Position numbers and translations under genes: made by a program
Part shown: positions 42,925 to 43,824 of the stretch, piece by piece
Layout: each line of letters opens with the position of its first letter
How positions within the stretch are numbered: the first letter of the stretch is position 1
Assembly: GCA_964425575.1 (NCBI GenBank)
Contig: CAYRMN010000006.1
Location: forward strand, 1,140-44,963
Direction of reading: 5' to 3'
DNA: 43,824 nt
Origin: an uncultured Gammaproteobacteria bacterium
GTDB taxonomy: Bacteria > Patescibacteriota > Patescibacteriia > 2-12-FULL-60-25
Notes under the pieces: generated by a model
What the model saw: only the letters and a program-made list of their open reading frames with translations
The model's database searches: none
Told to the model about the DNA's origin: nothing

Positions 42925-43043
42925 GCCTGTTTAAAAACGCGATCTGCTCGCGCTTCACTCAGAAAAATCCTCATCGTACGGTTACGTACGCCTCCGGTTT
43001 TTCCTCGCTCCAGCACGTCGCATCTCATCCTTTTTAAACAGGC
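42925..43043. repeat. inverted-repeat element (single copy in this window)
   Basis: Perfect 13-nt arms GCCTGTTTAAAAA (42925-42937) and TTTTTAAACAGGC (43031-43043), 93 nt apart, with an internal CGTACG...CGTACG hairpin. Confidence 0.6.
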
Positions 43044-43066
43044 AGATTCTAATTAACACAAAATGT

Positions 43067-43699
43067 ATGACAGACTCTCTTCCAAAAAAATCTTCACGTC
43101 TCGTTTGGTGGATCGTTGCGATTGTTGTTATTCTCGCCCTTCTCGGGTCTGCGGTAGCAGGGGGGTGGGCTCTTTTTATCAAGCATTCTGACGGCCGATT
43201 GATACGAAATGTAGCGAATACACTACCTATTCCTGCCGCCTCGCTTGGTTCACACCGCATTCTGTATCGTGATTTCTTGCACACGCGAGATACACTGAAG
43301 ACGTTTTTAGCGTCCCCAGCGGCAAAAGCGCAGAATTTGAGCGCCCCATTTGATCAGAGCATGGAGAAGAATATTCTAGAGAAGCTGTTAAGTCAGGCAG
43401 CGCTTGAAGAATTAGCCCAGCAAAAAAAGATTACTGTGAGTGATGAGCAGCTCCGTTCCGCGTTTGCAGACGTGGTCTCGGCGGCATCATCAACAACGCC
43501 TGATGTTGGTGTCTATTTATTGCAGAATTTTGGTTGGAATGAAGAGGACTTTCGTCAACAAGTGCTTCGTCCCGCTCTCTTAGAGCAGCAGCTTGGTGCT
43601 GAGATGGCGAAAGAAAAAGCAGGAGATGAGAATGCGTTGAATATATATCTTGAGCAGCGTTTAAAGGAAAAGGACGTAGTGAGATATTTGAAGTTTTAG
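43067..43699 (+). CDS. membrane-anchored SurA-N-terminal-domain-like chaperone
   Basis: N-terminal TM helix (LVWWIVAIVVILALLGSAVAGGWALF), then a helical region with the pattern ...ILEKLLSQAALEELAQQKKITVSDEQL... typical of SurA_N-type proteins. No PPIase domain. Confidence 0.55.
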   Translation: MTDSLPKKSSRLVWWIVAIVVILALLGSAVAGGWALFIKHSDGRLIRNVANTLPIPAASLGSHRILYRDFLHTRDTLKTFLASPAAKAQNLSAPFDQSMEKNILEKLLSQAALEELAQQKKITVSDEQLRSAFADVVSAASSTTPDVGVYLLQNFGWNEEDFRQQVLRPALLEQQLGAEMAKEKAGDENALNIYLEQRLKEKDVVRYLKF

Positions 43700-43824
43700 A
43701 AAATTCCCGATCATTGTATTTTTTGGGAGTTTCGGTATGATTCCCATGGTTTCAGCATAGGGCTGTTGGGTTTGGATGCAGACCGCGAAGCGAACGAGGC
43801 TTTTCTCGACCCGTAGCAGCGCTA

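Overview
This 43.8-kb chromosomal segment reads like a small-genome bacterium that rarely uses Shine-Dalgarno (SD) sites. Gene content and repeat style fit Candidate Phyla Radiation/Patescibacteria best. The genetic code is standard, with TGA used as a stop. The backbone has moderate G+C (27/60 at 23401-23460). It carries proS, hup, ymdB, rny, truB, infB, trxA, trxB, rpsP, a KH protein, trmD and a TrmB-type regulator. It also carries a five-gene array of one PPDK_N ATP-grasp protein plus four phosphohistidine-swivel paralogs, and a ~10-kb envelope glycosylation locus (WbaP-like transferase, GtrA, two UXS-like SDRs, GT2 plus a DUF2304-like protein, two GT4, and a large polytopic GT-C-like protein). 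A MurE-like ligase and PH-domain, FtsB-like and SurA-N-like membrane proteins complete it. Three layers lie on top of this backbone. (1) Short, visibly G+C-rich cassettes (39/60 G+C at 8401-8460), each with a consensus TTGACA-N17-TATAxT promoter, a strong GGAGG-type SD and often its own terminator; they encode only unrecognisable proteins, four of them exported and Cys-rich. (2) At least six families of nested-palindrome MITE/REP-like intergenic repeats. (3) A ~780-nt unit at 19.75-20.56 kb with a perfect promoter and an intrinsic terminator, no ORF and dense hairpins, which I call a candidate large structured ncRNA. The best candidates for something undescribed are that ncRNA and the split rifampin-phosphotransferase-like array (one ATP-grasp subunit, four diverged His-swivel subunits, no PEP/pyruvate TIM-barrel domain). 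Everything here was done by eye. No tRNA, rRNA, CRISPR array, transposase, integrase or recognisable defence gene was seen.
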